DNA from: an uncultured Prevotella sp.
Lineage (GTDB): Bacteria > Bacteroidota > Bacteroidia > Bacteroidales > Bacteroidaceae
Reading direction: 5' to 3'
DNA: 64,000 nucleotides
Assembly: GCA_905235835.1 (NCBI GenBank)
Contig: CAJONQ010000028.1
Location: 10,197-74,196, forward strand
Positions 1 to 10,108 of this stretch are shown here, one piece after another (positions within the stretch are counted from its first letter, which is position 1; each line of letters starts with the position of its first letter). A program made the position numbers and the translations under genes. Under the pieces are notes generated by a model. That model was not told the DNA's origin. It made no database searches and worked only from the letters and a program-made list of their open reading frames with translations.

Positions 1-71
1 TGTTGTTCATAATTCCTTGGTTTATTCGTTATTGTATTCTTGTTTCATGAAAAATTGTTTCACGTGGAACG

Positions 72-1991
72 TTATCTCCCCATCAGTACCAGCATCACAT
101 TAATGTCACTGGGTGATACACCGGGGATTCTGCTTGCTTGCGCAAGTGTTTCGGGGGCGATTGCCGTTAGTTTCTGTCGTGCTTCCGTACTGAGTTGTTG
201 CATCTCGTTATAGTTGAAATGTCCTTTGATCTTGATGTTCTCCAGTCGGTGCATCTTGTCGGCAACGATACGTTCACGTTCTATGTATCCTTTATATTTG
301 ATATGTACCTCCGCAGCCTCTGCGATTTCTTCTTTTCGCTGAGTTGGGCGATTCAGTATTTCCTTGAGTTCTGGAATCACTTCCTGTAGTTTCTCGAAGT
401 TCAGTTCTGGTCGGGCAATGAGGTCTTCGAGTTTACAGCCATAGACGAGTGGGGTACTACCCAGTGCTTTCAAAGCACCATTAATGACCTTCGGTTTAAT
501 GGGGAATGTCTTGCAGAAGTTTTCGATTTCTTCGATATATTGTTTCTTCTGCATCCACCAGTCGTAACGCTCCTTCTTTGCAATACCTAAATGGTAAGCT
601 TTCTCCGTCAGTCGAGCGTCCGCATCATCCTGTCGCAACAGAATTCGGTATTCTGCACGGGAGGTAAACATGCGGTAAGGCTCATCCACTCCCTTCGTCA
701 CCAAATCATCAATCAGCACTCCAATGTATGCCTCGTCTCTATGGAGCACAAACGTCTGGTCTGTTGTTGTGTCACAACAACCAGCACCACCAGCTTTCAA
801 TGCCGCATTGATACCAGCCACCGTTCCTTGTCCGCCGGCCTCCTCATAGCCTGTCGTACCATTCACCTGTCCTGCCATAAATAATCCGGATATGATTTTC
901 GATTCCAGCGAGTGCTTTAGTTGGGTGGGATCGAAGAAATCGTATTCGATGGCATAACCAGGACGGTAAACTTTCAAATCTCTGAAGGCAGGTATATGTT
1001 TCAAGGCGGCTATCTGTACGTCCATCGGAAGTGATGACGAGAAACCGTTCAGGTATAGTTCGTTGGTATCTGTCCCTTCTGGTTCGAGGAACAACGGATG
1101 CTGCTCTCTGTCGGGGAAGGTGACGAGTTTGGTCTCTATCGAGGGACAGTAACGGGGTCCTATCGACTGTATCTGTCCGTTATAGAGTGGGGAGTCTTTC
1201 AGTCCTGAGCATAGTGTCTCATGCACGGCAGGATTGGTGTTACAGGTCCAACAGGTCAGTTGGGGCAGGGGACGCGGCTCACTCATATAGGAGAACTGGT
1301 GGAAGTCGTGCTCACCCTCCTGTATCTCTAAATCCTCGAAATGAACGGAACGTTTATCGATGCGGACAGGTGTTCCCGTCTTCATACGTTCTGAGCGGAC
1401 ACCATGCCGGGTGATACTCTCTGTGAAGTGAGGTACGGCAGGTTCCGCGATACGTCCACCTGGTACCATCTTACGTCCGATATGCATCAGCCCATTGAGG
1501 AAAGTACCAGCCGTTATGATGACGGCTTTGGCACGTAGTTCCACGCCCCAGATGGTCTTTACACCCACCACTTGCTTGGTGGGTTGCTGTGCCACAGCAA
1601 CATCCTCTACTAGTAGTTCGTCGGCTTGGTCTTGCCAGACATCAAGGTTATCAGTATGATCGAGGACACTGCGCCATTGCCAGATGAACTTACCACGGTC
1701 ACACTGGGCACGAGGGCTCCACATGGCAGGACCCTTACTACGGTTAAGCATACGGAACTGGATAGCAGTGGCATCCGTCACGAGTCCCATCTGTCCGCCT
1801 AATGCGTCAATCTCTCGCACGATCTGTCCCTTGGCAATACCACCTACGGCAGGATTGCACGACATCTGTGCGATCTTGTTCATATCCATTGTTACCAGAC
1901 AGGTCTTTGCTCCCATGTTTGCTGAGGCACAAGCAGCCTCACAACCAGCATGACCTCCTCCGATAACCAGTACGTCGTATTTCAGTATCAT
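72..1991 (-). CDS. mnmG: tRNA uridine 5-carboxymethylaminomethyl modification enzyme MnmG/GidA
   Basis: ORF 72..2009(-). N-terminal FAD fold DVLVIGGGHAGCEAA and a full-length GidA-like sequence (GPRYCPSIE, IPGVSPSDI). Start moved to MILKYD (ATG at 1991) because promoter boxes lie inside the longer ORF. Confidence 0.95.
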   Translation of the reverse strand: MILKYDVLVIGGGHAGCEAACASANMGAKTCLVTMDMNKIAQMSCNPAVGGIAKGQIVREIDALGGQMGLVTDATAIQFRMLNRSKGPAMWSPRAQCDRGKFIWQWRSVLDHTDNLDVWQDQADELLVEDVAVAQQPTKQVVGVKTIWGVELRAKAVIITAGTFLNGLMHIGRKMVPGGRIAEPAVPHFTESITRHGVRSERMKTGTPVRIDKRSVHFEDLEIQEGEHDFHQFSYMSEPRPLPQLTCWTCNTNPAVHETLCSGLKDSPLYNGQIQSIGPRYCPSIETKLVTFPDREQHPLFLEPEGTDTNELYLNGFSSSLPMDVQIAALKHIPAFRDLKVYRPGYAIEYDFFDPTQLKHSLESKIISGLFMAGQVNGTTGYEEAGGQGTVAGINAALKAGGAGCCDTTTDQTFVLHRDEAYIGVLIDDLVTKGVDEPYRMFTSRAEYRILLRQDDADARLTEKAYHLGIAKKERYDWWMQKKQYIEEIENFCKTFPIKPKVINGALKALGSTPLVYGCKLEDLIARPELNFEKLQEVIPELKEILNRPTQRKEEIAEAAEVHIKYKGYIERERIVADKMHRLENIKIKGHFNYNEMQQLSTEARQKLTAIAPETLAQASRIPGVSPSDINVMLVLMGR

Positions 1992-1995
1992 GATG

Positions 1996-2031
1996 CAAAG
2001 ATAGTGCAAATAGAGTGAAATCCCAAATTTA
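1996..2031 (-). promoter_or_regulatory. two candidate Bacteroidetes -7 boxes (TATCTTTG, TAAATTTG) upstream of mnmG
   Basis: Reverse complement of 1996-2003 is TATCTTTG, only 4 nt from the ATG. Reverse complement of 2024-2031 is TAAATTTG. Both match TAnnTTTG. Confidence 0.5.
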
Positions 2032-2048
2032 TTTGAGGTTTCTTATTT

Positions 2049-2966
2049 CTAACCAAGAAAGAAGAGACTGACACCCACAACAGAGATGATAGCACCAACG
2101 ACAGTGCGCCATGTGATAGGCTGGTGGAACAACCAACGGGAGGGTAGGATAATGATGATAGGTGATAGTGCCATCAAGGTAGAGGCAATACCGGCACTGG
2201 TATATTGAACTGCCATCAGCGAGAACCCTACACCTACGAAAGGACCAAAGATGGTGGTTGCTGTAGCGACAATCATTCCTTTTCTGTCATGTATAGCTTC
2301 CCGAAGCGGAGCGAAGCCCTCACGGAAATAAAGTAACAGAGTAAAGCCGATGATGCCTGCTATACAACGGAAGAAATTAGCACTGAACGGGACGAGCCAT
2401 GCTGGTATCTGTGTGGTGTCATAATGGTCCATACCTATCTTGCTTAATACCAACCCGATGCCTTGACAGAGTGCTGCACCAATAGCAAACAAGACACCGC
2501 TAAGGGGAAGTTTCAAAGCGACCTTATGATGCTCCCCACGTCCTAAGACAGAGATACTGATACCAGCCAGTGTGACGAGCATGGCGAGGATACTCATCCC
2601 TTTCATCTCCTGTCCTAATGTTATCCATGCCATCAAGGCGGCAGCAAGAGGAGCAAGGGTCATAAATAATTGTCCGTATCGTGAGCCGATGATGATATAA
2701 CATTGGAACAGACAGAAGTCGCCAATGACATAGCCAACCAATCCAGAGAGCAGCATCCAACCGTATGCCTCCATCGTTCCTCCTGCAGGCAAGGGTGTTC
2801 CCACAACAAAGACGAATAGCACCACAGAGAATAGTAATGCTAATGCTATGCGCAGCACGTTGAGGGTCAGGTTCCCCAACAGCTTGCTGCCTAACTCACT
2901 TAATAGTGCTGTTGCCGTCCATGAGAACGCCACACCGATAGAGATTATTTCACCAAGATAATTCAT
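2049..2966 (-). CDS. EamA/DMT family transporter
   Basis: ORF 2049..2987(-). About 10 hydrophobic helices in two EamA-like halves. Start set at MNYLGE, 10 nt downstream of a TATCTTTG box. Confidence 0.8.
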   Translation of the reverse strand: MNYLGEIISIGVAFSWTATALLSELGSKLLGNLTLNVLRIALALLFSVVLFVFVVGTPLPAGGTMEAYGWMLLSGLVGYVIGDFCLFQCYIIIGSRYGQLFMTLAPLAAALMAWITLGQEMKGMSILAMLVTLAGISISVLGRGEHHKVALKLPLSGVLFAIGAALCQGIGLVLSKIGMDHYDTTQIPAWLVPFSANFFRCIAGIIGFTLLLYFREGFAPLREAIHDRKGMIVATATTIFGPFVGVGFSLMAVQYTSAGIASTLMALSPIIIILPSRWLFHQPITWRTVVGAIISVVGVSLFFLG

Positions 2967-2976
2967 AAAAACAGTG

Positions 2977-2984
2977 CAAAGATA
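2977..2984 (-). promoter_or_regulatory. -7 box TATCTTTG for the EamA transporter gene
   Basis: Reverse complement of caaagata matches TAnnTTTG. Confidence 0.6.
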
Positions 2985-3049
2985 CATGATATTTTGTATA
3001 AATAAAGGATTTTCTAACGAAAACGTTTGCGGATTTCATTATTTTGTAG

Positions 3050-3057
3050 TAATTTTG
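3050..3057 (+). promoter_or_regulatory. -7 box TAATTTTG upstream of sdhC
   Basis: Matches TAnnTTTG, 65 nt upstream of the sdhC ATG. Confidence 0.5.
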
Positions 3058-3121
3058 TAGCCTAAACGCACGTGTACATACTTATTAATGAGTATTTTTA
3101 TTAATTAAATTCTATATTTTT

Positions 3122-3820
3122 ATGTGGTTAATCAATTCATCAATTGGTCGTAAGGTTGTAATGTCCGTAACGGGTATTGCGCTGATTCTGTTCTTGACAT
3201 TCCACTGTTGCATGAACATTGTCGCGCTCTTCTCGGGCAAGGCTTACAACATGATTTGTGAACTGCTGGGTGCCAACTGGTATGCCGTCGTGGCTACGCT
3301 GGGTCTTGCTGCCTTGGCTGTGATTCACATCGTTTTCGCATTCATCCTGACTGCGCAGAACCGTACTGCTCGTGGACAGGAGCGTTATGCAGTGACAGAG
3401 AAACCTGAAAAGGTTGAGTGGGCATCACAGAACATGCTCGTGCTGGGTATCATCATCCTGCTGGGTCTGTTGCTCCACCTGTTCAATTTCTGGTACAACA
3501 TGATGTTTGCTGAGATTGTCGGCTTTACGAGTGGTCATCTGCCCTCTGACGGTTTCGCTTTCATCATCGACACCTTCGGCAATCCTGTATATGCTGTTTT
3601 GTATGTTATCTGGATTGTAGCTATCTGGTTCCATCTTACTCACGGTTTCTGGTCAGCCATGCAGACACTGGGTATCAGTGGTAAGATATGGTTCAATCGC
3701 TGGCGTGTCATTGGCTTCGTTTATGTAACGCTGCTGATGCTTGGTTTCCTCGTTGTTGTGCTGGCGTTTGCCTTAAAACTGGCTCCAAGTCTCTACTGTT
3801 ATGCCGGTTCTTGTTGTTAA
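3122..3820 (+). CDS. sdhC: succinate dehydrogenase/fumarate reductase cytochrome b subunit (b558 family)
   Basis: 232-aa polytopic membrane protein directly upstream of the flavoprotein and Fe-S subunits. This is the Bacteroidetes three-gene operon layout. Confidence 0.85.
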   Translation: MWLINSSIGRKVVMSVTGIALILFLTFHCCMNIVALFSGKAYNMICELLGANWYAVVATLGLAALAVIHIVFAFILTAQNRTARGQERYAVTEKPEKVEWASQNMLVLGIIILLGLLLHLFNFWYNMMFAEIVGFTSGHLPSDGFAFIIDTFGNPVYAVLYVIWIVAIWFHLTHGFWSAMQTLGISGKIWFNRWRVIGFVYVTLLMLGFLVVVLAFALKLAPSLYCYAGSCC

Positions 3821-3844
3821 ACCTTAAATTACTTTGAAAAGATT

Positions 3845-5824
3845 ATGGCAAAAGTATTAGATTCTAAGATTCCCGCAGGTCCAGTACCTGAGAAATGGAA
3901 GGAATATAAGGCACATCAGCGTCTGGTTAACCCCAAGAACAAGCTGAAGCTTGATGTTATCGTCGTTGGTACCGGTTTGGCTGGTGCATCAGCTGCTGCG
4001 TCATTAGGGGAGATGGGCTTCAACGTGATCAACCTGTGCATTCAGGACTCTCCTCGTCGTGCTCACTCTATCGCCGCTCAGGGTGGTATCAATGCCGCCA
4101 AGTGTTATCAGAACGATGGTGACTCTGTCTATCGTCTGTTCTACGACACTGTAAAGGGTGGTGACTATCGTGCTCGTGAGGCTAACGTTTATCGTCTTGC
4201 CGAGGTGTCTAACAATATCATCGACCAGTGTGTGGCTCAGGGTGTTCCCTTTGCCCGTGAGTATGGTGGTATGCTTGCCAACCGTTCATTCGGTGGTGCT
4301 CAGGTAAGCCGTACCTTCTATGCTAAGGGTCAGACAGGTCAGCAGTTGCTGCTTGGTGCTTACTCTTCACTCTCTTGTCAGGTGAAGGCTGGTAAGGTAA
4401 AGCTTTACACTCGTTATGAGATGGAGGATGTAGTCATCGTTGACGGTCGTGCTCGTGGTATCATCGCCAAGAACCTCGTTACCGGTGAGTTGGAGCGTTT
4501 CAGCGCCAACGCTGTTGTCATCGCCACTGGTGGTTATGGAAACACTTACTTCCTCTCTACCAATGCTATGGGTTGCAACTGCACCGCTGCCGTTCAGTGC
4601 TATCGTAAGGGTGCTTACTTCGCCAATCCATCATACGTTCAGATTCACCCCACCTGTATCCCCGTTCATGGTGACAAGCAGTCTAAGTTGACGCTGATGT
4701 CTGAGTCACTGCGTAACGACGGTCGTATCTGGGTTCCTAAGAAGATCGAGGATGCCAAGGCATTACAGGCAGGAACCAAGCAGGGCTGGGAGATTCCTGA
4801 GGAGGATCGCGACTACTATCTGGAGCGCCGTTATCCTGCATTCGGTAACCTCGTTCCTCGTGACGTTGCCTCTCGTGCAGCCAAGGAGCGTTGCGACAAG
4901 GGCTTTGGTGTGAACAACACAGGTCTTGCCGTATTCCTTGACTTCTCCGAGTCTATCAACCGTCTGGGCATCGATGTCATCATGCAGCGTTATGGTAACC
5001 TCTTCGAAATGTACGAGGAGATCACTGACGTATTCCCTGGTGATGTCGCTAACGAGATTAATGGTGTGAAGTACTACAAGCCTATGATGATCTATCCTGC
5101 TATCCACTATACGATGGGTGGTATCTGGGTAGACTATGAGTTGCAGACCACTATTCCTGGTTTGTTCGCTATTGGTGAGTGTAACTTCTCTGACCACGGT
5201 GCTAACCGTTTGGGTGCTTCTGCACTGATGCAGGGTCTTGCCGATGGTTACTTCGTATTGCCTTACACCATCCAGAACTATCTCGCCGACCAGGCTGTAT
5301 GGCCGAAGGTTCCGACAGACCGTCCTGAGTTTGATGAGGCAGAGAAAGGTGTTGCCGCAGAGATCGACCGTCTGATGAATATCAAGGGTAAGCGTTCTGT
5401 TGACTCTATCCACAAGGAGCTTGGTCATATCATGTGGGAGTATGTCGGCATGGGTCGCACAGCCGAGGGTCTGAAGACTGGTCTGAAGAAGATGCACGAC
5501 CTGGAGAAGGAGTTCGATACCAACCTGTTCGTTCCAGGAACGAAGGAGGGTCTGAACGTGGAACTCGACAAGGCTATCCACCTCCGTGACTTCTTCACCA
5601 TGGGTCAACTCGTTGCCTTCGACGCACTCTCTCGCAATGAGTCCTGCGGTGGTCACTTCCGTGAGGAGTACCAGACAGAGGAAGGCGAGGCAAAGCGCGA
5701 CGACGAGAACTACTTCTATGTAGGTTGCTGGGAGTACAAAGGCAAGGGTAACGAGCCTGAACTCATCAAGGAGCCACTGGAATATGAGGCTATCAAGGTA
5801 CAGACACGTAACTATAAAAACTAA
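3845..5824 (+). CDS. sdhA: succinate dehydrogenase/fumarate reductase flavoprotein subunit
   Basis: 659 aa. FAD fold [14 protein letters not shown], the [11 protein letters not shown] flavin-attachment region and a C-terminal [10 protein letters not shown] motif. Confidence 0.95.
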   Translation: MAKVLDSKIPAGPVPEKWKEYKAHQRLVNPKNKLKLDVIVVGTGLAGASAAASLGEMGFNVINLCIQDSPRRAHSIAAQGGINAAKCYQNDGDSVYRLFYDTVKGGDYRAREANVYRLAEVSNNIIDQCVAQGVPFAREYGGMLANRSFGGAQVSRTFYAKGQTGQQLLLGAYSSLSCQVKAGKVKLYTRYEMEDVVIVDGRARGIIAKNLVTGELERFSANAVVIATGGYGNTYFLSTNAMGCNCTAAVQCYRKGAYFANPSYVQIHPTCIPVHGDKQSKLTLMSESLRNDGRIWVPKKIEDAKALQAGTKQGWEIPEEDRDYYLERRYPAFGNLVPRDVASRAAKERCDKGFGVNNTGLAVFLDFSESINRLGIDVIMQRYGNLFEMYEEITDVFPGDVANEINGVKYYKPMMIYPAIHYTMGGIWVDYELQTTIPGLFAIGECNFSDHGANRLGASALMQGLADGYFVLPYTIQNYLADQAVWPKVPTDRPEFDEAEKGVAAEIDRLMNIKGKRSVDSIHKELGHIMWEYVGMGRTAEGLKTGLKKMHDLEKEFDTNLFVPGTKEGLNVELDKAIHLRDFFTMGQLVAFDALSRNESCGGHFREEYQTEEGEAKRDDENYFYVGCWEYKGKGNEPELIKEPLEYEAIKVQTRNYKN

Positions 5825-5830
5825 GGAATT

Positions 5831-6589
5831 ATGGCTAAGAATATAAGCTTTACTATAAAGTTCTGGCGCCAGAACGGCCCCAAGGACCAGGGACATTTCG
5901 ATACTCACGAGATGCACGATATCCCCGATGACACCTCTTTCCTTGAGATGCTTGACATCCTGAACGAGGAACTCATCAACGAAGGCAAGGAGCCTTTCGT
6001 CTTCGACCACGACTGCCGCGAGGGTATCTGCGGTATGTGCTCACTCTATATCAACGGTACACCTCATGGTAAGACAGAGCGTGGTGCTACCACTTGTCAA
6101 CTCTACATGCGTCGCTTCAACGATGGTGATGTCATCACTGTTGAGCCTTGGCGCTCAGCAGCCTTCCCCGTGATTAAGGACTGTATGGTTGACCGTGGTG
6201 CATTCGATAAGATTATCCAGGCTGGTGGTTATACCACTATCCGTACTGGACAGGCCCAGGATGCTAATGCTATCCTGATTCCTAAGGAGGATGCCGACGA
6301 GGCAATGGACTGCGCTTCTTGCATCGGCTGTGGCGCTTGCGTAGCCGCTTGTAAGAACGGTTCTGCCATGCTCTTCGTTTCGTCGAAGGTATCTCAGCTC
6401 GCCCTGCTTCCTCAGGGTCGTGTAGAGGCTGCCCGTCGTGTGAAGAACATGATTGCCAAGATGGATGAGCTCGGATTCGGTAACTGCACCAACACTCGTG
6501 CTTGCGAGGCAGTATGTCCGAAGAACGAGACCATCAGCAACATCGCTCGTCTCAACCGTGAGATGATCAAGGCAAAGATGGCTGACTAA
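5831..6589 (+). CDS. sdhB: succinate dehydrogenase/fumarate reductase iron-sulfur subunit
   Basis: 252 aa. Cys clusters [23 protein letters not shown] and CEAVCPK. Confidence 0.95.
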   Translation: MAKNISFTIKFWRQNGPKDQGHFDTHEMHDIPDDTSFLEMLDILNEELINEGKEPFVFDHDCREGICGMCSLYINGTPHGKTERGATTCQLYMRRFNDGDVITVEPWRSAAFPVIKDCMVDRGAFDKIIQAGGYTTIRTGQAQDANAILIPKEDADEAMDCASCIGCGACVAACKNGSAMLFVSSKVSQLALLPQGRVEAARRVKNMIAKMDELGFGNCTNTRACEAVCPKNETISNIARLNREMIKAKMAD

Positions 6590-6611
6590 TCCACCTTATT
6601 AATAATAAAAG

Positions 6612-6645
6612 AGCGCCACAGACTCAAAACCTGTGGCGCTTTTTG
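6612..6645 (+). terminator. intrinsic terminator of the sdhCAB operon
   Basis: 10-bp stem agcgccacag/ctgtggcgct, a 9-nt loop, then TTTTT. Confidence 0.8.
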
Positions 6646-6664
6646 TTGTTTCAGAATTATTTTG

Positions 6665-6672
6665 TACTTTTG
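6665..6672 (+). promoter_or_regulatory. -7 box TACTTTTG upstream of murQ
   Basis: Matches TAnnTTTG, 24 nt upstream of ATG 6697. Confidence 0.6.
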
Positions 6673-6696
6673 CACCATCACCTAAACAAAAGGGGA

Positions 6697-7518
6697 ATGA
6701 ATCATCAAGATAAAATCACAGAGCAGCGGTCACATTACGATCATTTGGAAAAGATGTCGGTAGCGGAACTGTTGCAGCATATCAATGAGGAGGACACCTT
6801 GGTGGCTGAGGCTGTGCATAAGGCAGTCCCACAGATAGAGGCTTTGGTGGAAGCCGTTGAGCCACGACTCAAGCGTGGTGGACGACTCTTTTATGTGGGT
6901 GCTGGAACCAGTGGACGACTTGGTGTGCTGGATGCCAGTGAATTGCCTCCTACCTTCGGTATTCCTGACGATTGGGTCATTGGTATCATTGCTGGTGGGG
7001 ACGAGGCGTTGCGACATGCTGTCGAGAAGGCTGAGGATGATTCCAAAAAAGGATGGCAGGATATGCTGTCATATCAGCCTACAGCCGATGATACCGTCAT
7101 TGGTATAGCGGCATCTGGAACGACTCCTTATGTAGTAGGTGCTGTCAAAGCATCCAGAAAGAAAGGACTATTGACGGGGTGTATCACCAGTAATCCCCAT
7201 ACTCCGTTGGCAGAGGCAGCAGCATATCCTATCGAGACCATTGTAGGTCCTGAGTTCGTGACGGGCTCCAGCAGGATGAAAAGTGGGACGGCACAGAAGA
7301 TGGTGCTGAATATGATTTCCACCTCTTTGATGATCCGTTTAGGACGTGTCAAAGGCAACAGGATGGTGAAGATGCAACTGACCAATGCCAAACTGGTGGA
7401 CCGTGGCACTCGGATGATTCAGGAGTCACTGGGCATTCCCTATGAGGAAGCCGAACACTATCTGTTAGAGGCTGGTAGTGTCGATCGGGTGCTCAAAGGA
7501 AAAACGACCAAACGTTGA
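6697..7518 (+). CDS. murQ: N-acetylmuramic acid 6-phosphate etherase
   Basis: ORF 6643..7518. SIS domain with GGRLFYVGAGTSGRLGVLDASELPPTFG. Start set at MNHQDK, downstream of the promoter box. Confidence 0.9.
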   Translation: MNHQDKITEQRSHYDHLEKMSVAELLQHINEEDTLVAEAVHKAVPQIEALVEAVEPRLKRGGRLFYVGAGTSGRLGVLDASELPPTFGIPDDWVIGIIAGGDEALRHAVEKAEDDSKKGWQDMLSYQPTADDTVIGIAASGTTPYVVGAVKASRKKGLLTGCITSNPHTPLAEAAAYPIETIVGPEFVTGSSRMKSGTAQKMVLNMISTSLMIRLGRVKGNRMVKMQLTNAKLVDRGTRMIQESLGIPYEEAEHYLLEAGSVDRVLKGKTTKR

Positions 7519-7520
7519 TT

Positions 7521-8033
7521 TTAATCTTTCGTATCCTTTGCCTTCCTTGCAAATTCGAAGAGGGCAGTGGGCAGATGACAATAGCCGTCAGGATTCTTGT
7601 CCAGATAGTCCTGATGATATTCCTCGGCAGTATAGAAATTCCTCAAAGGAGCCTTCTCCACAGCAATAGGCTGATCTAATAAAGCCTGTTGTTCGGCAAA
7701 CACCTTATTAATAATAGGGAGTTGGTCTTCTGTGACATAATAGACACCAGTGCGATAGCGGGTTCCCTCGTCATGCCCTTGTTTGTTAAGGCTTACAGGG
7801 TCAATCGCCTTGAAGAACATATTCAGCAGGAACTCCAGACTCACCACCTGTTCGTCATACGTGATATGTACTGTCTCAGCATAACCCGTCTGGTCGGTAT
7901 ATACCTCCTTATAAGTAGGATTCTCCGTCTCACCGTTAGCGAATCCCACCTCTGTATTAATCACTCCCTCGATCTGTTTGAAGTAATGCTCTGTCCCCCA
8001 GAAGCATCCTCCTGCTAAATAAATCTCTTTCAT
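7521..8033 (-). CDS. msrA: peptide-methionine (S)-S-oxide reductase
   Basis: ORF 7521..8096(-). GGCFWG active-site motif right after the start MKEIYLAGGCFWG. Confidence 0.93.
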   Translation of the reverse strand: MKEIYLAGGCFWGTEHYFKQIEGVINTEVGFANGETENPTYKEVYTDQTGYAETVHITYDEQVVSLEFLLNMFFKAIDPVSLNKQGHDEGTRYRTGVYYVTEDQLPIINKVFAEQQALLDQPIAVEKAPLRNFYTAEEYHQDYLDKNPDGYCHLPTALFEFARKAKDTKD

Positions 8034-8055
8034 TTGCCTCTTGTATATGTTACTG

Positions 8056-8063
8056 CAAAGGTA
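8056..8063 (-). promoter_or_regulatory. -7 box TACCTTTG for msrA
   Basis: Reverse complement of caaaggta, 22 nt upstream of ATG 8033. Confidence 0.6.
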
Positions 8064-8106
8064 CAACTTTTTCCCCAACCACATTCGCCAATTCAAAAAT
8101 AATTGC

Positions 8107-8114
8107 TATATTTG
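8107..8114 (+). promoter_or_regulatory. candidate -7 box TATATTTG with no nearby ORF
   Basis: Matches TAnnTTTG. The next credible plus-strand start is 8474. Confidence 0.35.
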
Positions 8115-8473
8115 CAAACGGAATCATATTGTATAACCCTAAAATGATATTGCCGATGATATAGAACAAAAACGAATGAACGCTAACCGACCTATGAGTC
8201 GAGGCTCAGCCTGACAAGGTCACAGAGATTTTAATAAACAATTAATTATTAACTTACAGAATAGCGTTTCTGTTCGTACTTATTAAGATTTTGAGCTTTT
8301 AGCTCTTGTTCTTCGTAGCTGAATACCGCCAATCATTCAATCGTAGAGGAACAAGCTGATGGAAGTTCACGTCGTAAGGCGTGGACTATTTGTGCTTGTT
8401 ATACGATTAGGTCTACTTGGCGGTAACCCAGCTACAGATAAGCATCGAATAGTTCCGCCTTTTTTATTTAACA

Positions 8474-10096
8474 ATGAAAAAAATACTATTATTTGTTCTT
8501 TATTTGATTTCGGCTGGTGCGAATGCACAAACCCCTATCACTACTGCCAGCCAATTGCAAAGCATGTCATTAACTGGCAATTATATACTTATGAATGATA
8601 TTGATCTATCATCGATAACTCTTAACCCCATTGGTGGTTTGAATGGCTCTTTTACAGGGACTTTAGATGGGAATGGTCATACAATAACATTGGGTTATAT
8701 CAATAGTAGTTATCAAAAGCGTGGTCTATTTAGTGAAATAGGTTCATCGGGTATAGTTAAGAATCTAAACGTTAACGGAGAAACTATCGAGAATTACTCA
8801 CAAGATTATTGTTACGTTGGAGTCATTGCTGCAAATAATTATGGGACAATTACAAACTGCAACACATCAGTTGATATCAATTCATCTGGTGTAGATAATA
8901 ACTCCCCGAAAATAACCTATTCGGGGGGCATTGCTGGGTATAATGCAGGAACAATATCGTATTGCTTTGCTAGTGGAAATATTTATGGAGCGAGTTATAA
9001 TGAAGGAACTGGCGGTATTGTCGGTACTTTGAGTAGACTTATAGAATCCCCTCAAATAGACCATTGTATATACATTGGTAACCTTACAAAGCATTCTCAA
9101 AGTACTGGAAATAAAACTGGAATGATCTGTGGATATGCTGATACATTCACTAATTACATAACCAATTGTTATTACATCCAAGATAAGGGATTCTCAGGTA
9201 TAGGAAGCGTTTCGAGTTCTTCTCCTGTCGCAGATGATGGTCATTGTACTGTTATCGACCAACTTAACCTTAGGGCATTGGCAAAAACAGGAGGAGTGTA
9301 CGCATCTACATCTAATTCTGTTTTTAAAGATGCAATTCTTGCATTCCCTTACGAAATATCATTTAGCACAACTGACGGTTTAAGTGCTTTTACAAATATC
9401 TTAGGAGAAAATGCTAATGTAACTTTTCATCGCGCTTTTACCAGTAAAGTAAAAAGTACTATTTGTTTGCCATTCAACATTCCTAGTGACCAAGCTGCTG
9501 CACTTGGGAAATTCTATACTTTTATAGGTATTAAGGATGGTACAAATGATGTCGTACAGATGCAGCAGGTTACTACAGACCTTGTTGCTAATACTGCTTA
9601 TGTATTTGAACCAATGCCCTTTGGTCATTCTGAAGAATTAGGAATCACATTTAAAAATGTTACTATTGCAAATACCTTAACACCGTCTACTTCATCATCT
9701 CAAGTTCAGTTTATAGGAACATACTCACCTAAAACATGGTCAACAGGTGATAGTGATTTAGGTAAGGTCTATGGGTTTGCTACCGCAGGATATGAGAGCG
9801 ATGGTTTTTCTGCCGGGCAATTTGTAATTTTAGGTGCTGGTGCTTCAGCAGCTCCATTCCGAGCATACCTTAAATATACGCCCCAAACATTATCTACCTC
9901 TCGTAGATCTCCTTTGTCTCTTCCTGATGTTTTAAAGATTGAATGGATTTCATCAAATCAAGTTACTGGAATAACAACCATAAATAGACAGAAATTATCA
10001 AATGGTTGGTTTACTCTTGATGGACGCAAACTGGACAAAACGCCTACAAGGAAAGGTATTTACGTGAATAATGGTAAAAAAGTAATTATTAAATAA
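8474..10096 (+). CDS. secreted GLUG-motif protein with a T9SS C-terminal sorting domain
   Basis: Signal peptide MKKILLFVLYLISAGANAQ. Repeated GxIxNC/GGIAGYNAGTISYC (GLUG-like) blocks. C-terminal tail GWFTLDGRKL...GIYVNNGKKVIIK is typical of Por/T9SS CTDs. Confidence 0.75.
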   Translation: MKKILLFVLYLISAGANAQTPITTASQLQSMSLTGNYILMNDIDLSSITLNPIGGLNGSFTGTLDGNGHTITLGYINSSYQKRGLFSEIGSSGIVKNLNVNGETIENYSQDYCYVGVIAANNYGTITNCNTSVDINSSGVDNNSPKITYSGGIAGYNAGTISYCFASGNIYGASYNEGTGGIVGTLSRLIESPQIDHCIYIGNLTKHSQSTGNKTGMICGYADTFTNYITNCYYIQDKGFSGIGSVSSSSPVADDGHCTVIDQLNLRALAKTGGVYASTSNSVFKDAILAFPYEISFSTTDGLSAFTNILGENANVTFHRAFTSKVKSTICLPFNIPSDQAAALGKFYTFIGIKDGTNDVVQMQQVTTDLVANTAYVFEPMPFGHSEELGITFKNVTIANTLTPSTSSSQVQFIGTYSPKTWSTGDSDLGKVYGFATAGYESDGFSAGQFVILGAGASAAPFRAYLKYTPQTLSTSRRSPLSLPDVLKIEWISSNQVTGITTINRQKLSNGWFTLDGRKLDKTPTRKGIYVNNGKKVIIK

Positions 10097-10108
10097 ATAG
10101 TATAGAAA

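Noticed and set aside
1-10. Possible start (reverse complement ATGAACAACA) of a minus-strand gene leaving the window
   Set aside because: Only 10 nt are visible, so it cannot be supported.
4763-6010. 415-aa ORF antisense to sdhA and the start of sdhB
   Set aside because: It is a shadow ORF on the opposite strand of a confidently identified, motif-rich gene. The sequence is low-complexity (L/V/T/H-rich), with no recognisable motifs and no promoter box.
8120-8470. tmRNA, RNase P RNA, SRP RNA or riboswitch in the long gap before the T9SS gene
   Set aside because: By eye I could not find the conserved cores (GGGGCUGA...CCACCA ends with an ANYALAA tag ORF, GAGGAAAGUCC, or the SRP GGAA/AGCA motifs) on either strand.
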